A stretch of 59,429 nucleotides of DNA from Patescibacteria group bacterium (lineage in GTDB: Bacteria; Patescibacteriota; Microgenomatia; Levybacterales; GWA1-39-11), in contig DASZYA010000029.1 in NCBI GenBank assembly GCA_035545675.1, positions 1 to 59,429 of the forward strand, given 5' to 3'. Of the stretch, positions 8,378 to 17,725 are shown piece by piece; the first letter of the stretch is position 1, and each line of letters starts with the position of its first letter. The notes beneath the pieces were generated by a model, which had not been told where the DNA came from, made no database searches, and saw only the letters and a list, made by a program, of their open reading frames with translations. A program made the translations under genes and the position numbers.

Positions 8378-9511
8378 CTAGGCAAAGTAGAGGTCTGGGG
8401 TAGCATTTATTTTTTCCCAATCAACCGGTTTGTAAGAAAGAAGGGCGTAGGCGCCAATCATAGCACCGTTATCCATCGTATATTTTTTTTGTGGTACAAA
8501 TATTTCAATTGGAAGTTTATCCTTTACAATTTTTTCTTTAAGATCTTCCGTTAATTTTTGATTTGCAGAAACTCCTCCTCCAAGAAGTATTGTATTAACA
8601 TTATAAAATTTTGCCGCCTTGAGCGTTTTTCTAATTAGTACTTCTATTATTGATTCTTGTAGTGAGGCACATAGATCAAAAAGTAATTGTTTTTTTTGAG
8701 TTGGCAAATTTTCTATATCTATTTTTTCCCAAGAGTAGCCATTTTCAGTTTCTTTCCTCGCAACGCTAAATTCTTTGTTAACAACGTTCATAAAAGCAGT
8801 TTTGAGTCCGGAAAAAGAGAAATCAAAGTCATCTCCCGTCATAATTTTTGGAAGTGGAACATTTTTTGCGTTTCCAAAGCTGGCTAATTCTGCAATTTTT
8901 GGTCCTCCTGGATATGGATATCCAAGTAATCTTGCGCATTTATCAAAACATTCTCCTGCCGCATCATCTCTTGTTCCACCTAACCATTTATATTTATCAA
9001 CAGATTCAAAATAAACTAGATCTGTATGCCCTCCAGACACAATGAGTGCAACGAATGGATATTTAATCTTAGATTTTGGATCTTGGGAATGATCTTGAAT
9101 AAAGTTTGCGAATATATGACCAAGTAAATGATTAACTGGAACAAGGGGTTTGTTAAATGTAAGAGATAATGTTTTTGCTGTTTCTACCCCAACGAGTAGT
9201 GACCCAATTAGTCCAGGGCCATACGTTACAGCTATCGCATCAACGTCAACTTGTAGTATTTTTTGAGCATTTTCCCATGATTCATAATCCATACTTGCTG
9301 ATTCATTCAAGGCTTTAACAATTGTTGGGATAATTGCTTTTATTTGTTCGCGGGCTGCAAATTCTGGAATTATTCCGCCAGTCTTTGCATGTAAATCAAG
9401 AGATGTAGCAGTAATATTTGATAGGACTTCAACTGAAGTAGAGTTTTCTTTTTTCTCTACAACAGCAACGCTTGTCTCGTCACAGCTAGTTTCAATGCTC
9501 AAAATTTTCAT
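8378..9511 (-). CDS. tsaD: tRNA N6-adenosine threonylcarbamoyltransferase TsaD (Kae1/Gcp family)
   Basis: MKILSIETSCDETSVAVV, VNHLLGHIF and GGGVSAN. Confidence 0.92.
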   Translation of the reverse strand: MKILSIETSCDETSVAVVEKKENSTSVEVLSNITATSLDLHAKTGGIIPEFAAREQIKAIIPTIVKALNESASMDYESWENAQKILQVDVDAIAVTYGPGLIGSLLVGVETAKTLSLTFNKPLVPVNHLLGHIFANFIQDHSQDPKSKIKYPFVALIVSGGHTDLVYFESVDKYKWLGGTRDDAAGECFDKCARLLGYPYPGGPKIAELASFGNAKNVPLPKIMTGDDFDFSFSGLKTAFMNVVNKEFSVARKETENGYSWEKIDIENLPTQKKQLLFDLCASLQESIIEVLIRKTLKAAKFYNVNTILLGGGVSANQKLTEDLKEKIVKDKLPIEIFVPQKKYTMDNGAMIGAYALLSYKPVDWEKINATPDLYFA

Positions 9512-9531
9512 AGGATCAAAAGAGGACTTAA

Positions 9532-10011
9532 CTATTTTATACCTTTGAAGGTTATCTTTGTTCCGTTGGTGATTCCTAGATCCTTTGCTTTTCCAGCATT
9601 CACCTCTAATACATAGTTTGCATCTTGGTCGGGATAATAAATTGTAAGAGGACTTGTCTGTCCACTTGGTGCTGGAGCATCACTAACTATATAAACAACC
9701 GTATCATCGTTAATATAGATAATATCTATCGGGAATTTCATATCTTTCATCCAGAAGCCCGGCTTTCCTTTTTTATCGAATATAAATAGCATTCCTTGAT
9801 TAGTGCCTAGATCTTTTCTACCAGAAAGACCCTTTTGTCTATCTCCTTCTGTTTTTGCTAAATATAGACTTAGGGTTTTTCCGTTTACGGTTGCAGTAGC
9901 ATTGCTTGGGCCTTTTGGAAGGAAAGAGAGAAGATTTCCACCATTCCTAACCATGACAAGTAGTACAACTACAACAATTAATACTATGTAGACTAGAATT
10001 ATTTTTTTCAT
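9532..10011 (-). CDS. DUF192 domain protein with N-terminal TM/signal
   Basis: GLSGRKDL..GMLFIF...FWMKDMKFPIDIIYI matches the DUF192 pattern. Confidence 0.75.
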   Translation of the reverse strand: MKKIILVYIVLIVVVVLLVMVRNGGNLLSFLPKGPSNATATVNGKTLSLYLAKTEGDRQKGLSGRKDLGTNQGMLFIFDKKGKPGFWMKDMKFPIDIIYINDDTVVYIVSDAPAPSGQTSPLTIYYPDQDANYVLEVNAGKAKDLGITNGTKITFKGIK

Positions 10012-10478
10012 ATTCTTGCTTTATTTATTATATTTGTTGTTGAATAATCCTTTATTGGTTTTATTACTTCAACAATCTTTGCGTTTTGGGCTTTTACGTA
10101 TCTTTTTTCCCATTCAAAAATGGGTGCTCCAGCCGTGAGTGCAATTATATCAGGTTGTATCATTTTCACAAGAGCTTCGTAACTTTGGTCATTTTCCATA
10201 TAAGGAAGAGGAATTACATAATCTACCATGGATAGATTAGATAGAATTGTAGCTCTATCTTCTTGTGTATTTATGGGGCGATTATTTCCCTTTAACTCTT
10301 TAATTTTCTGATCTCCTTCAAGGATTACTACTAATATGTCTCCTCTTTCTTTTGCTTTCTTCAAAAACTCAATGTGTCCTGTATGAAGAATGTCAAAACA
10401 ACCACCGGCGAGCACTAGCTTCTGGTTCACATGGTTTTTGACTTTGTCTAGTTCTTGTAGATTTAGGATAATTCCCAT
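10008..10478 (-). CDS. Cytidylyl/adenylyltransferase-like protein (RfaE domain II / TagD-like)
   Basis: GGCFDILHTGHIEFL (HxGH nucleotidyltransferase motif). 4-nt ATGA overlap with the downstream gene. Confidence 0.75.
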   Translation of the reverse strand: MGIILNLQELDKVKNHVNQKLVLAGGCFDILHTGHIEFLKKAKERGDILVVILEGDQKIKELKGNNRPINTQEDRATILSNLSMVDYVIPLPYMENDQSYEALVKMIQPDIIALTAGAPIFEWEKRYVKAQNAKIVEVIKPIKDYSTTNIINKARI

Positions 10479-10493
10479 TGTATTGAATAAGAT

Positions 10494-10555
10494 TTATGAA
10501 TTATGAACAATAGAGCGGTCAAGTGATTTCTTAATTCGTACTTCGTGATTCATTC
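10494..10555. repeat. Degenerate heptamer arrays in the vanW/cytidylyltransferase spacer
   Basis: TTATGAA x2 at 10494-10507. TTCTTAA TTCGTAC TTCGTGA TTCATTC at 10528-10555. Confidence 0.6.
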
Positions 10556-10563
10556 TGCAAATA

Positions 10564-11976
10564 TTATGTTTTTGTTCCTCTAAGGAAAACTGCTTGCCAG
10601 GGTTTATAGACAGAAACAAAAGTATCGTTAATAATTTCTTTACCATCTCTTGTTACGGTTCTTGTAAATACAGATTTTGCTCCAGGAGCTGCAAAATCAA
10701 CCTGTTTAATTGTTCCGGCAGGTAGTGTTGGATCATCCTGATAAACATCTGGTGGGGCGGGTGCTACATTAGAGATTACCGGCTGGCTTATGGAAACTTT
10801 TCTGCCATCACTTTTTCCATAAATCGTGAAGGTAAGACTTAAATTATCTGTATCTGCTAGAGCCTGAATAAATATGTAGTGTCCTGTGTCATTTTTAAAT
10901 TTAAAGTCTACAGTAGGTACGTATGTTGTTGCATCGAGTCCTGGAGGAGCATCTTGCTCATAATATCCTACGCGGTATGCATGTGCATGACGTTCTGTTA
11001 TGGGAAGGCCAGCATTTAAAACTGCTCGGAAAAGAGTCGTTGAGACCTGACAAACTCCTCCACCATCTCCTAAGACTGTTTTTCCACCAGATATAACATA
11101 GGCTTGTGCATAACCAGTGTAAGCAGAAACATCTCCTAGGGTTTTGTCAAAAGAAAATTCTTCTCCAGGAGCAACTAGTGCTCCGTTAATTTTTGAGGTG
11201 GCAAGGGCTACATTATGAACGCGTCCAGGAATTGAATGATAAAAAGTTGATGTTCCAACTCCGATAGGTTCAACTATTCCCAGATTGTTTGCTTCCTCAG
11301 TTGTGGTATCAGGCTTTATTATTTTTATTGGAATATCAATTGTGTGTATGGTTGGTTTTTGGGCAAGGAGATTGGGAACAATATTTCTCATAGTTTTATT
11401 TAGTGAATTGTAATCAAGTAGTTCCCCGTTGCTAGATTGTTTAAATGCAACTACTTTATTGTTTTGTACATTAAACTCTGCATTAACTGGATCTTTGGCT
11501 ACACTTTTTTCAATTTTCGATAGTTTTGTTTTTAGTACATCTTCGTTGTATGTATATGAAGGTCTTAGAAATGTTCCGTTAAGGTACGAAGATAAAATTA
11601 TGTAAGCATCACTGAGTAAATCTCTTCCTTTACCAAGACTCAGTGATTGATCAATCATAAGGTTTGCGTCATATCCAATTCCCAAATCTTTTGCAGAAGC
11701 CGTTGCTATTTGGTCATTCACTTTGAAAGTGAAAGAATTTTTGGAGATTGAGTTGTTTTTTTCAGTAAACAATTGTTGTATTTGATCTTCTGTTTTTTCT
11801 CCTACATATGTATTGCCAATAAATACCCCGGGTATTACGCGATTTCTATATCTATATTGAAAATAAAACATTACAAAACTTGAAAGAAGTGCGCCGGATA
11901 ATAAAAATCCTACAGCAAACCAATAGAAAGATTTTAAGAAGTAATTTACTGACTCTTTTTTAACTATACGTTTCAT
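10564..11976 (-). CDS. VanW family protein (N-terminal TM)
   Basis: The C-terminal region GGGVCQVSTTLFRAVLNAGLPITERHAHAY is characteristic of the VanW domain. Confidence 0.85.
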   Translation of the reverse strand: MKRIVKKESVNYFLKSFYWFAVGFLLSGALLSSFVMFYFQYRYRNRVIPGVFIGNTYVGEKTEDQIQQLFTEKNNSISKNSFTFKVNDQIATASAKDLGIGYDANLMIDQSLSLGKGRDLLSDAYIILSSYLNGTFLRPSYTYNEDVLKTKLSKIEKSVAKDPVNAEFNVQNNKVVAFKQSSNGELLDYNSLNKTMRNIVPNLLAQKPTIHTIDIPIKIIKPDTTTEEANNLGIVEPIGVGTSTFYHSIPGRVHNVALATSKINGALVAPGEEFSFDKTLGDVSAYTGYAQAYVISGGKTVLGDGGGVCQVSTTLFRAVLNAGLPITERHAHAYRVGYYEQDAPPGLDATTYVPTVDFKFKNDTGHYIFIQALADTDNLSLTFTIYGKSDGRKVSISQPVISNVAPAPPDVYQDDPTLPAGTIKQVDFAAPGAKSVFTRTVTRDGKEIINDTFVSVYKPWQAVFLRGTKT

Positions 11977-12030
11977 CCATTTAATAGATTTTTGAAAGTA
12001 TAAAGTATTATACTATATTCAAGGCTAAAA

Positions 12031-13419
12031 ATGGACGAAAATATTAACCAACCACCGCAGGAATATAATCCTCAAGCAGATGTGGCCTCAGGCCCGCCAA
12101 TAAAGAAGATAGTAAGTCTTGTTATTGGACTTGTTGTAATAGTATTAATAGCAGTTCTAGTCTTTGTTGTGGTTCTTCCAAAGTTTTCCAAAAAGGAACC
12201 TAAAAATGTAACCTTAAAATACTGGTCAATTTATGAGGATAATGCACCTCTTGAGGCAGCTGCAGCTGACTTTACTAGGAAAAATCCCAACATAAAGATT
12301 GTTATTGAGAATCAAGATATTAAATCTTTAGGAAAATACGCTACAAGACTTGCAACAAGAATAAATCAAGGAACAGGGCCTGATATTTTTAGATTCCATA
12401 ATAGTTGGACGCCAGAATTAAAAGATTATCTTTTGCCTTTGCCGCAAAGCGTTGTTAAAACGCTTCAATTGCAAGATAAATATTACCCTGTTGTAGAAAA
12501 CGATTTAAAAATTAATGGTGCTTGGTATGGAGTTCCAACTCATTTTGATACTCTTGCGCTTTTTGTTAACACAGAAATTTTTAATAAAGCTGGAATTAAT
12601 AATTATCCAACCACGTGGGATGATGTAATTGCAACGGCAAGGCAACTTACGGTTAAGGACCCGGATGGTAAAATAATAACCTCAGGTGCTTCTCTTGGTA
12701 CTTTTGATAATGTTGCTCATGCTCCTGATATCGTATCTCTGCTTATGGCTCAAAATGGAGCAAATCTAAAAGATCTAGGAGGAAAAACCAGGCAAAATAC
12801 AATTGATGCTTTGGATTTTTATACATCTTTTGCAAAAGGAGATACTGCTGTTTGGGATAATACTCTTGAGAACTCAAAGCTTGCTTTTGCGAAAGGAAAT
12901 GTTGCTATGTATATAGGTTATTCTTGGGATATTTTTGAGATGAAAAATATAAATCCAAATTTACAGTTTGCAGTAGTTCCTGTACCTAAATTACCTGGTA
13001 GGTCAATGACCGTAGCAAGCTATTGGGTAGATGGGGTATCTTCTAAAACTAAATATCCGGAAGAGGCTTTTAAATTCTTAAACTACATAGCGTCAACTGA
13101 GGTTATGCAAACTATATATGCTCAGGAGGCAAAAACTAGAGGGTTTGGTGAGCTGTATCCAAGAAGTGATATGGCAGGCCAGCTAAAGTCTAATACTCTA
13201 ATTTATCCATTTGTTCAACAAGGTAATGAAGCCGTGTCAACAATGTTTTCATCTGATACTTACGATGCTGCTATGATAGATGCACTCAACCAGTATTTAG
13301 GAAACGCTGTAAATTCTATAGTGGACGACAGTTCGTCACCGGATAGTGCAGTTGACACTCTAGTAAAAGGAATTACGGAAGTTACAACCAAATATGAAAG
13401 CTCAGGACAAAGTAAATAA
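12031..13419 (+). CDS. Extracellular solute-binding protein (ABC family 1), membrane anchored
   Basis: N-terminal TM, then SBP_bac_1-like features (GTGPDIFRFHNSW, YGVPTHFDTLALFVN). No permease or ATPase gene is adjacent. Confidence 0.75.
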   Translation: MDENINQPPQEYNPQADVASGPPIKKIVSLVIGLVVIVLIAVLVFVVVLPKFSKKEPKNVTLKYWSIYEDNAPLEAAAADFTRKNPNIKIVIENQDIKSLGKYATRLATRINQGTGPDIFRFHNSWTPELKDYLLPLPQSVVKTLQLQDKYYPVVENDLKINGAWYGVPTHFDTLALFVNTEIFNKAGINNYPTTWDDVIATARQLTVKDPDGKIITSGASLGTFDNVAHAPDIVSLLMAQNGANLKDLGGKTRQNTIDALDFYTSFAKGDTAVWDNTLENSKLAFAKGNVAMYIGYSWDIFEMKNINPNLQFAVVPVPKLPGRSMTVASYWVDGVSSKTKYPEEAFKFLNYIASTEVMQTIYAQEAKTRGFGELYPRSDMAGQLKSNTLIYPFVQQGNEAVSTMFSSDTYDAAMIDALNQYLGNAVNSIVDDSSSPDSAVDTLVKGITEVTTKYESSGQSK

Positions 13420-14332
13420 TTTTGAAAAATCTATAATAAAGACCCTTTCTTATTCTGATATCTTTAGTTATCCATTAACTGCTTCTGAAATTAATAAATA
13501 CTATATGGGAAAACCAATTGATAAGAAGGATTTTAATAACACTCTCAAAGAAATGGTAGATAATTTATATATTCAGAAAAGAGGTAAATACTATTTTCTA
13601 AATGGAAGAGGAGATTTTGTAAATTTAAGAAGAAAAAGAGAAAGGATTGGTCACCACAAGCTTTTGTTTGCTAAAAAAATTGCTAATAAACTTTCTATTA
13701 TTCCAACAGTTAAATTAATTGGTTTGAGCGGAAGTTTATCTATGAACAACGCTGATAGGGGAGATGATATAGATTTTTTCATAATAACTTCAAAGAATTC
13801 TATTTGGATGACAAGACTTATTGTGACAATCTTTCTATTAATATTAAAAGTTAAAAGGTCTAGATATGATTCTTATGGTATGGATTTAATTTGTCCAAAT
13901 ATGTTTGTTGATGAATCAGATCTTTCCATGGAAGAAAATATTTTTATTGCTCATGAAATAGCCCAGCTTAAAGTCTTAGTAGATAAGGGTAGCTCATATA
14001 AAAGGTTTGTGGGGAGTAATCTTTGGGTTAAAAAGATCCTTCCAAATGTAAACATAGAAAAGGCTGAAGGTTTTAGAACTAATAATTCGTTGATTTTAAA
14101 AGTGCTAGATTATTTATTTTTTTCTTTGCAGTTTCTCTATATGAAGAGAAGAATTACCAATGAAACTGTAGGGCCAAAAATAGCTCGTTTTCACCCCCAA
14201 AATAAACGCGATTTTGTTACCGATTTATATGCCAAAAGATGCCGAAATTACCTCCAAAATTTGGCCAAATGTAAGAGAAATTTGAGCCCCAAAATACCCG
14301 ATTTAGCCTCGAATTTTACTCCAGGATATTGA
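13394..14332 (+). CDS. Pol-beta-superfamily nucleotidyltransferase-like hypothetical protein
   Basis: GLSGSLSMNNADRGDDIDFFII resembles the GS...DxD minimal NTase motif. Confidence 0.45.
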   Translation: MKAQDKVNNFEKSIIKTLSYSDIFSYPLTASEINKYYMGKPIDKKDFNNTLKEMVDNLYIQKRGKYYFLNGRGDFVNLRRKRERIGHHKLLFAKKIANKLSIIPTVKLIGLSGSLSMNNADRGDDIDFFIITSKNSIWMTRLIVTIFLLILKVKRSRYDSYGMDLICPNMFVDESDLSMEENIFIAHEIAQLKVLVDKGSSYKRFVGSNLWVKKILPNVNIEKAEGFRTNNSLILKVLDYLFFSLQFLYMKRRITNETVGPKIARFHPQNKRDFVTDLYAKRCRNYLQNLAKCKRNLSPKIPDLASNFTPGY

Positions 14333-14359
14333 CATCCAAATTTGCATCCTGTATATAAT
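14329..14359 (+). promoter_or_regulatory. Sigma70-like promoter TTGACA-17-TATATA(AT) for greA
   Basis: TTGACA 14329-14334, 17-nt spacer ending in TG, TATATA 14352-14357 (TATAAT 14354-14359). Confidence 0.55.
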
Positions 14360-14422
14360 AACTCTGGTTAAAAAAAACCAAGAAACGTCCCCTAAAAAAT
14401 GATGGGGATTTATTGTAAATAA

Positions 14423-14905
14423 ATGGATAATAACAACAAGAAAAAAGTATTTGTAACAAAAGAAGGTCTCGAAGAATTAAAGAGAGAACTTCAGGATTTA
14501 AATGACGTAAAAAGACCACAAGTTTTGGATCGTGTTTCTCAGGCACGTTCAATGGGTGATCTTTCTGAAAACTCAGAATACACGGCAGCTCGTGAGGAGT
14601 TATCTTTGATTGACGGTAGAATTGAAGAGCTCTCAGATATTATTAAGCACGCAGATCTTATTGAAGAAACCCACACAAAGGGATCAAAATCCACAATCCA
14701 ACTTGGATCAATTATTGCTGTATCAATCAATGGTAAAAAAGAGGAATTTTCATTGGTTGGAGAATGGGAAGCAGATCCAAAGAATAAAAAAATCTCACAT
14801 GAATCACCACTTGGAAAAGCTCTTATGGGCAAAGCAATTGGTGAGAAAGTAGAAGTAGAGGCACCTGCTGGTAAGGTAGTCTATACGGTAGTTGGAATTA
14901 ACTAG
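14423..14905 (+). CDS. greA: Transcription elongation factor GreA
   Basis: N-terminal coiled coil (LEELKRELQDL...GDLSENSEYTAAREE) and C-terminal FKBP-like domain. Confidence 0.92.
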   Translation: MDNNNKKKVFVTKEGLEELKRELQDLNDVKRPQVLDRVSQARSMGDLSENSEYTAAREELSLIDGRIEELSDIIKHADLIEETHTKGSKSTIQLGSIIAVSINGKKEEFSLVGEWEADPKNKKISHESPLGKALMGKAIGEKVEVEAPAGKVVYTVVGIN

Positions 14906-14932
14906 AAATAGTTAAAAAATCTAAACTACCAC

Positions 14933-14953
14933 AAACCCCGAAAGGGGTTTTTT
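14933..14953 (+). terminator. Intrinsic terminator after greA
   Basis: AAACCCC-GAAA-GGGGTTT followed by a T-run. Confidence 0.8.
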
Positions 14954-14981
14954 CTTATCTAGAGTATAATAAAATAATCAT

Positions 14982-17231
14982 ATGTTCTGGGCAGATCGAG
15001 TAGCAAAAGAAATAATTGATTCAGGAAAACACGAGCCATATTGGGTAGATGACATGTTTACTCCCTCTGGTTTTGCTCACGTGGGTTCATTAAGGGGTCC
15101 ATTGGTTCACGACATGGTTTATAGGGGTCTTGTTAAGGCAGGCCAAAAATCTAAATGGACATACATCATGAACGATTTTGATGTTATTGATGGTTTACCT
15201 CAGGAGTTAGAAAAAGATTTCAGCCAATATATGGGGGTTGTTTTAAGATTGGTTCCATCTCCGGAAAAAGGATTTGATAATTTTGCCGATTATTTTGCAA
15301 AAGACTTTCAGAAAGTATTAAGAGAGCTCGGTGTTGAGGCAGAATTTTTATCTTCTTTTGATATGTATAAGGCTGGAAAGTTTAATGATGTAATAAGACT
15401 TGCTTTAGATAATTCGGAGAAGATCCTTGATATTTACCAAAGGGTGTCAGGAAGTAAAAAAAGAGAGGCTGGTTGGCTTCCATTGCAAGTTATTTGTGAG
15501 AACTGTGGAAAATTAGGAACTACAAGGGTCCATGATTGGGATGGGGAAACAGTTGCTTATACATGTGAGAAGGCTATGGTTAAATGGGCAGAAGGATGCG
15601 GTCATACCGGAAGAATAAGTCCATTTGATGGTAATGGTAAACTCCCTTGGAAAGTGGATTGGCCAGCTCACTGGAAAGTGTTAGGAATAACAATAGAAGG
15701 AGCAGGAAAAGATCATTCTTCAGCCGGAGGTTCACGTGATATAGCAAGGGAACTCTGTAAAGAAGTTTTTGACTATCCAGATCCATTTAATATTCCATAC
15801 GAATTCTTCTTAATAGGTGGAAAGAAAATGTCTTCTTCAAAAGGTCTTGGTTTAAAAGGTAGAGATTTAACTAAACTTTTACCTCCAGAGGTTGGAAGAT
15901 TTTTATTTACTAGAACTGATTATAAAAAGGCAATTGAATTTGATCCAATGGGTACTATGGCTATCCCAATGCTTTTTGACGAATATCAAAAAGCCGCTGA
16001 GTCATATTTCTCAAAGACAGGAGATGATTTAGCTCGTGCATTTGAGTACTCCCACATAGGAGAGATTATGAAACCACCAAGTGTTCGTTTTTCTGTTTTG
16101 GCCCAATGGATACAGATGCCAAATATGGAAAATGAGATTAAAAAAGCGGGGGCAGAGTCGTGGGCAGATTATGCAAGAATTTGGATTGAGCAATTTGCTC
16201 CAGAATCTGAAAAGTTTCTAGTTCAGGATAATCTTCCCGATTCAGCCAGGAGCCTTTCAGATAAACAGAAAGAATATCTACAAAAAATAGTAGATTTGTT
16301 ACCCGTAAACGACGTTGAGGAATTCCAAACCAGAATTTATGAGATAGCAAGAGATCTAGATATTACCCCTAAGGAATCTTTTGGAGCAATATACTCTGTC
16401 TTAATTGGTAAAGATCATGGTCCAAAAGCTGCTTGGTTTATTTCATCTTTGGATCCTGAATTCATCAAGAAAAGATTTAAAGAGGCTTATGAAGCAGAGT
16501 ATGATAACAAAGTCCAAGATGCTAATTTGACTCGCTTTGATAATTCAAACATTTTTAGTATTGATAAAGAACTTGGTCAAAAATATCCATCAATTTCTGT
16601 AGGAATTGCAGTTATTAAAGGAGTAAATATTAAAAAAACAGATGAAAGACTTGAAAAAGAAAAAGAGGAGTTGCTAAAGACTCTTCAGAGTCTAACAACA
16701 GAACAGCTTGGGGAATATGAAGAAGTAAAAGACTATAGAAAGCTTTATAAAGAGATGGGTGTTGATTGGCATTCAAGGCGCCCGAGTCCTGAGGCGCTTC
16801 TCAGAAGAATAGCAACTAAAAAAGGTCTTTATACAGTAAATACATGTGTTGATGCGTACAATTTAGTAGTAATGAAAAATAGAATATCTGTTGGGGCTTT
16901 TGATTATGACAGCATAGCCTTTCCAACAGTAATTCGTTTTGCAAAAGAAGGAGAAAAAATATTATTACTCGGTGATCAAGAAGCGACTCCCTATACAGAA
17001 AAAGAAATTGCTTATTTTGATGAGAAGGGTGGGTACAATATGGACTTTAATTATAGAGACTCACAAAGAACAGCAGTCCAGCTTGATACTAAAAATATTC
17101 TTCTAAATGTTGATGGGATTTTTGGAATTAGTCCAGAAAAAGTGGAGGAAGTATTAAGACAAGCTTGTGACAAAATTATTGAATACTGTGGTGGAGAATT
17201 GTCTGAATTTGGTGTGGTAACTGCTTCTTAA
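14982..17231 (+). CDS. lysK: Class I lysyl-tRNA synthetase fused to a C-terminal B3/4 (PheT-like, COG3382-type) domain
   Basis: HIGH-type FAHVGSLRG and KMSKS-type KMSSSKG in the first ~520 aa. The last ~220 aa has RRPSPEALLRRI, VNTCVDAYNLV, GAFDYD and FNYRDSQRT, as in stand-alone B3/4 proteins. Confidence 0.85.
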   Translation: MFWADRVAKEIIDSGKHEPYWVDDMFTPSGFAHVGSLRGPLVHDMVYRGLVKAGQKSKWTYIMNDFDVIDGLPQELEKDFSQYMGVVLRLVPSPEKGFDNFADYFAKDFQKVLRELGVEAEFLSSFDMYKAGKFNDVIRLALDNSEKILDIYQRVSGSKKREAGWLPLQVICENCGKLGTTRVHDWDGETVAYTCEKAMVKWAEGCGHTGRISPFDGNGKLPWKVDWPAHWKVLGITIEGAGKDHSSAGGSRDIARELCKEVFDYPDPFNIPYEFFLIGGKKMSSSKGLGLKGRDLTKLLPPEVGRFLFTRTDYKKAIEFDPMGTMAIPMLFDEYQKAAESYFSKTGDDLARAFEYSHIGEIMKPPSVRFSVLAQWIQMPNMENEIKKAGAESWADYARIWIEQFAPESEKFLVQDNLPDSARSLSDKQKEYLQKIVDLLPVNDVEEFQTRIYEIARDLDITPKESFGAIYSVLIGKDHGPKAAWFISSLDPEFIKKRFKEAYEAEYDNKVQDANLTRFDNSNIFSIDKELGQKYPSISVGIAVIKGVNIKKTDERLEKEKEELLKTLQSLTTEQLGEYEEVKDYRKLYKEMGVDWHSRRPSPEALLRRIATKKGLYTVNTCVDAYNLVVMKNRISVGAFDYDSIAFPTVIRFAKEGEKILLLGDQEATPYTEKEIAYFDEKGGYNMDFNYRDSQRTAVQLDTKNILLNVDGIFGISPEKVEEVLRQACDKIIEYCGGELSEFGVVTAS

Positions 17232-17725
17232 AAAATAGAGTTAATTTTTTCCGCTGTTTTTTCTGCGGATAAGTTTGTGTTATCAATCTTCTCATCATAG
17301 TTTTCAAATTTACTTTGTTCTTCGTGCAGTGAAATGAGTCTCTCTTCTTGTAGATTGTAGCTCCTATTACTATTTCTTTTTTTAACTTCATCAAGTGTTG
17401 GAAAAAGTAAAACTATTTTTGGTTTAAATTCTTTTAAACCGTCTTTGTAAATCCTGCTTGTTTCTTTTGTTACTACATCAAGAATTACACAGTCAAATCC
17501 CTCTTCTATAAAATTCTTTGCTAGTCCTACTGCGTTTTTAGCTCCAAGTCTGGCTTGTTTTTGACCGGGCTCTCCATACCAAGGTGCAATATGGGGTTTT
17601 ATTGCCATGTGTCTTACGTCATCTACGTCAATAACTGCACATTTATGGCGGAGTTGTGCGAGTATATGACCAACTGTATTTTTACCTGCTCCCGCAGGTC
17701 CCGTTAGAATTATTATTTTTCCCAT
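17228..17725 (-). CDS. P-loop kinase-like ATPase (AAA_33/zeta-toxin-like fold)
   Basis: Walker A GPAGAGKNT near the N-terminus; 165 aa. Confidence 0.55.
   Translation of the reverse strand: MGKIIILTGPAGAGKNTVGHILAQLRHKCAVIDVDDVRHMAIKPHIAPWYGEPGQKQARLGAKNAVGLAKNFIEEGFDCVILDVVTKETSRIYKDGLKEFKPKIVLLFPTLDEVKKRNSNRSYNLQEERLISLHEEQSKFENYDEKIDNTNLSAEKTAEKINSIF

Noticed and set aside
14316-14552. 78-aa minus-strand ORF spanning the greA promoter and the greA 5' end.
   Set aside because: It is antisense to greA and to a strong consensus promoter, and it has no motifs.
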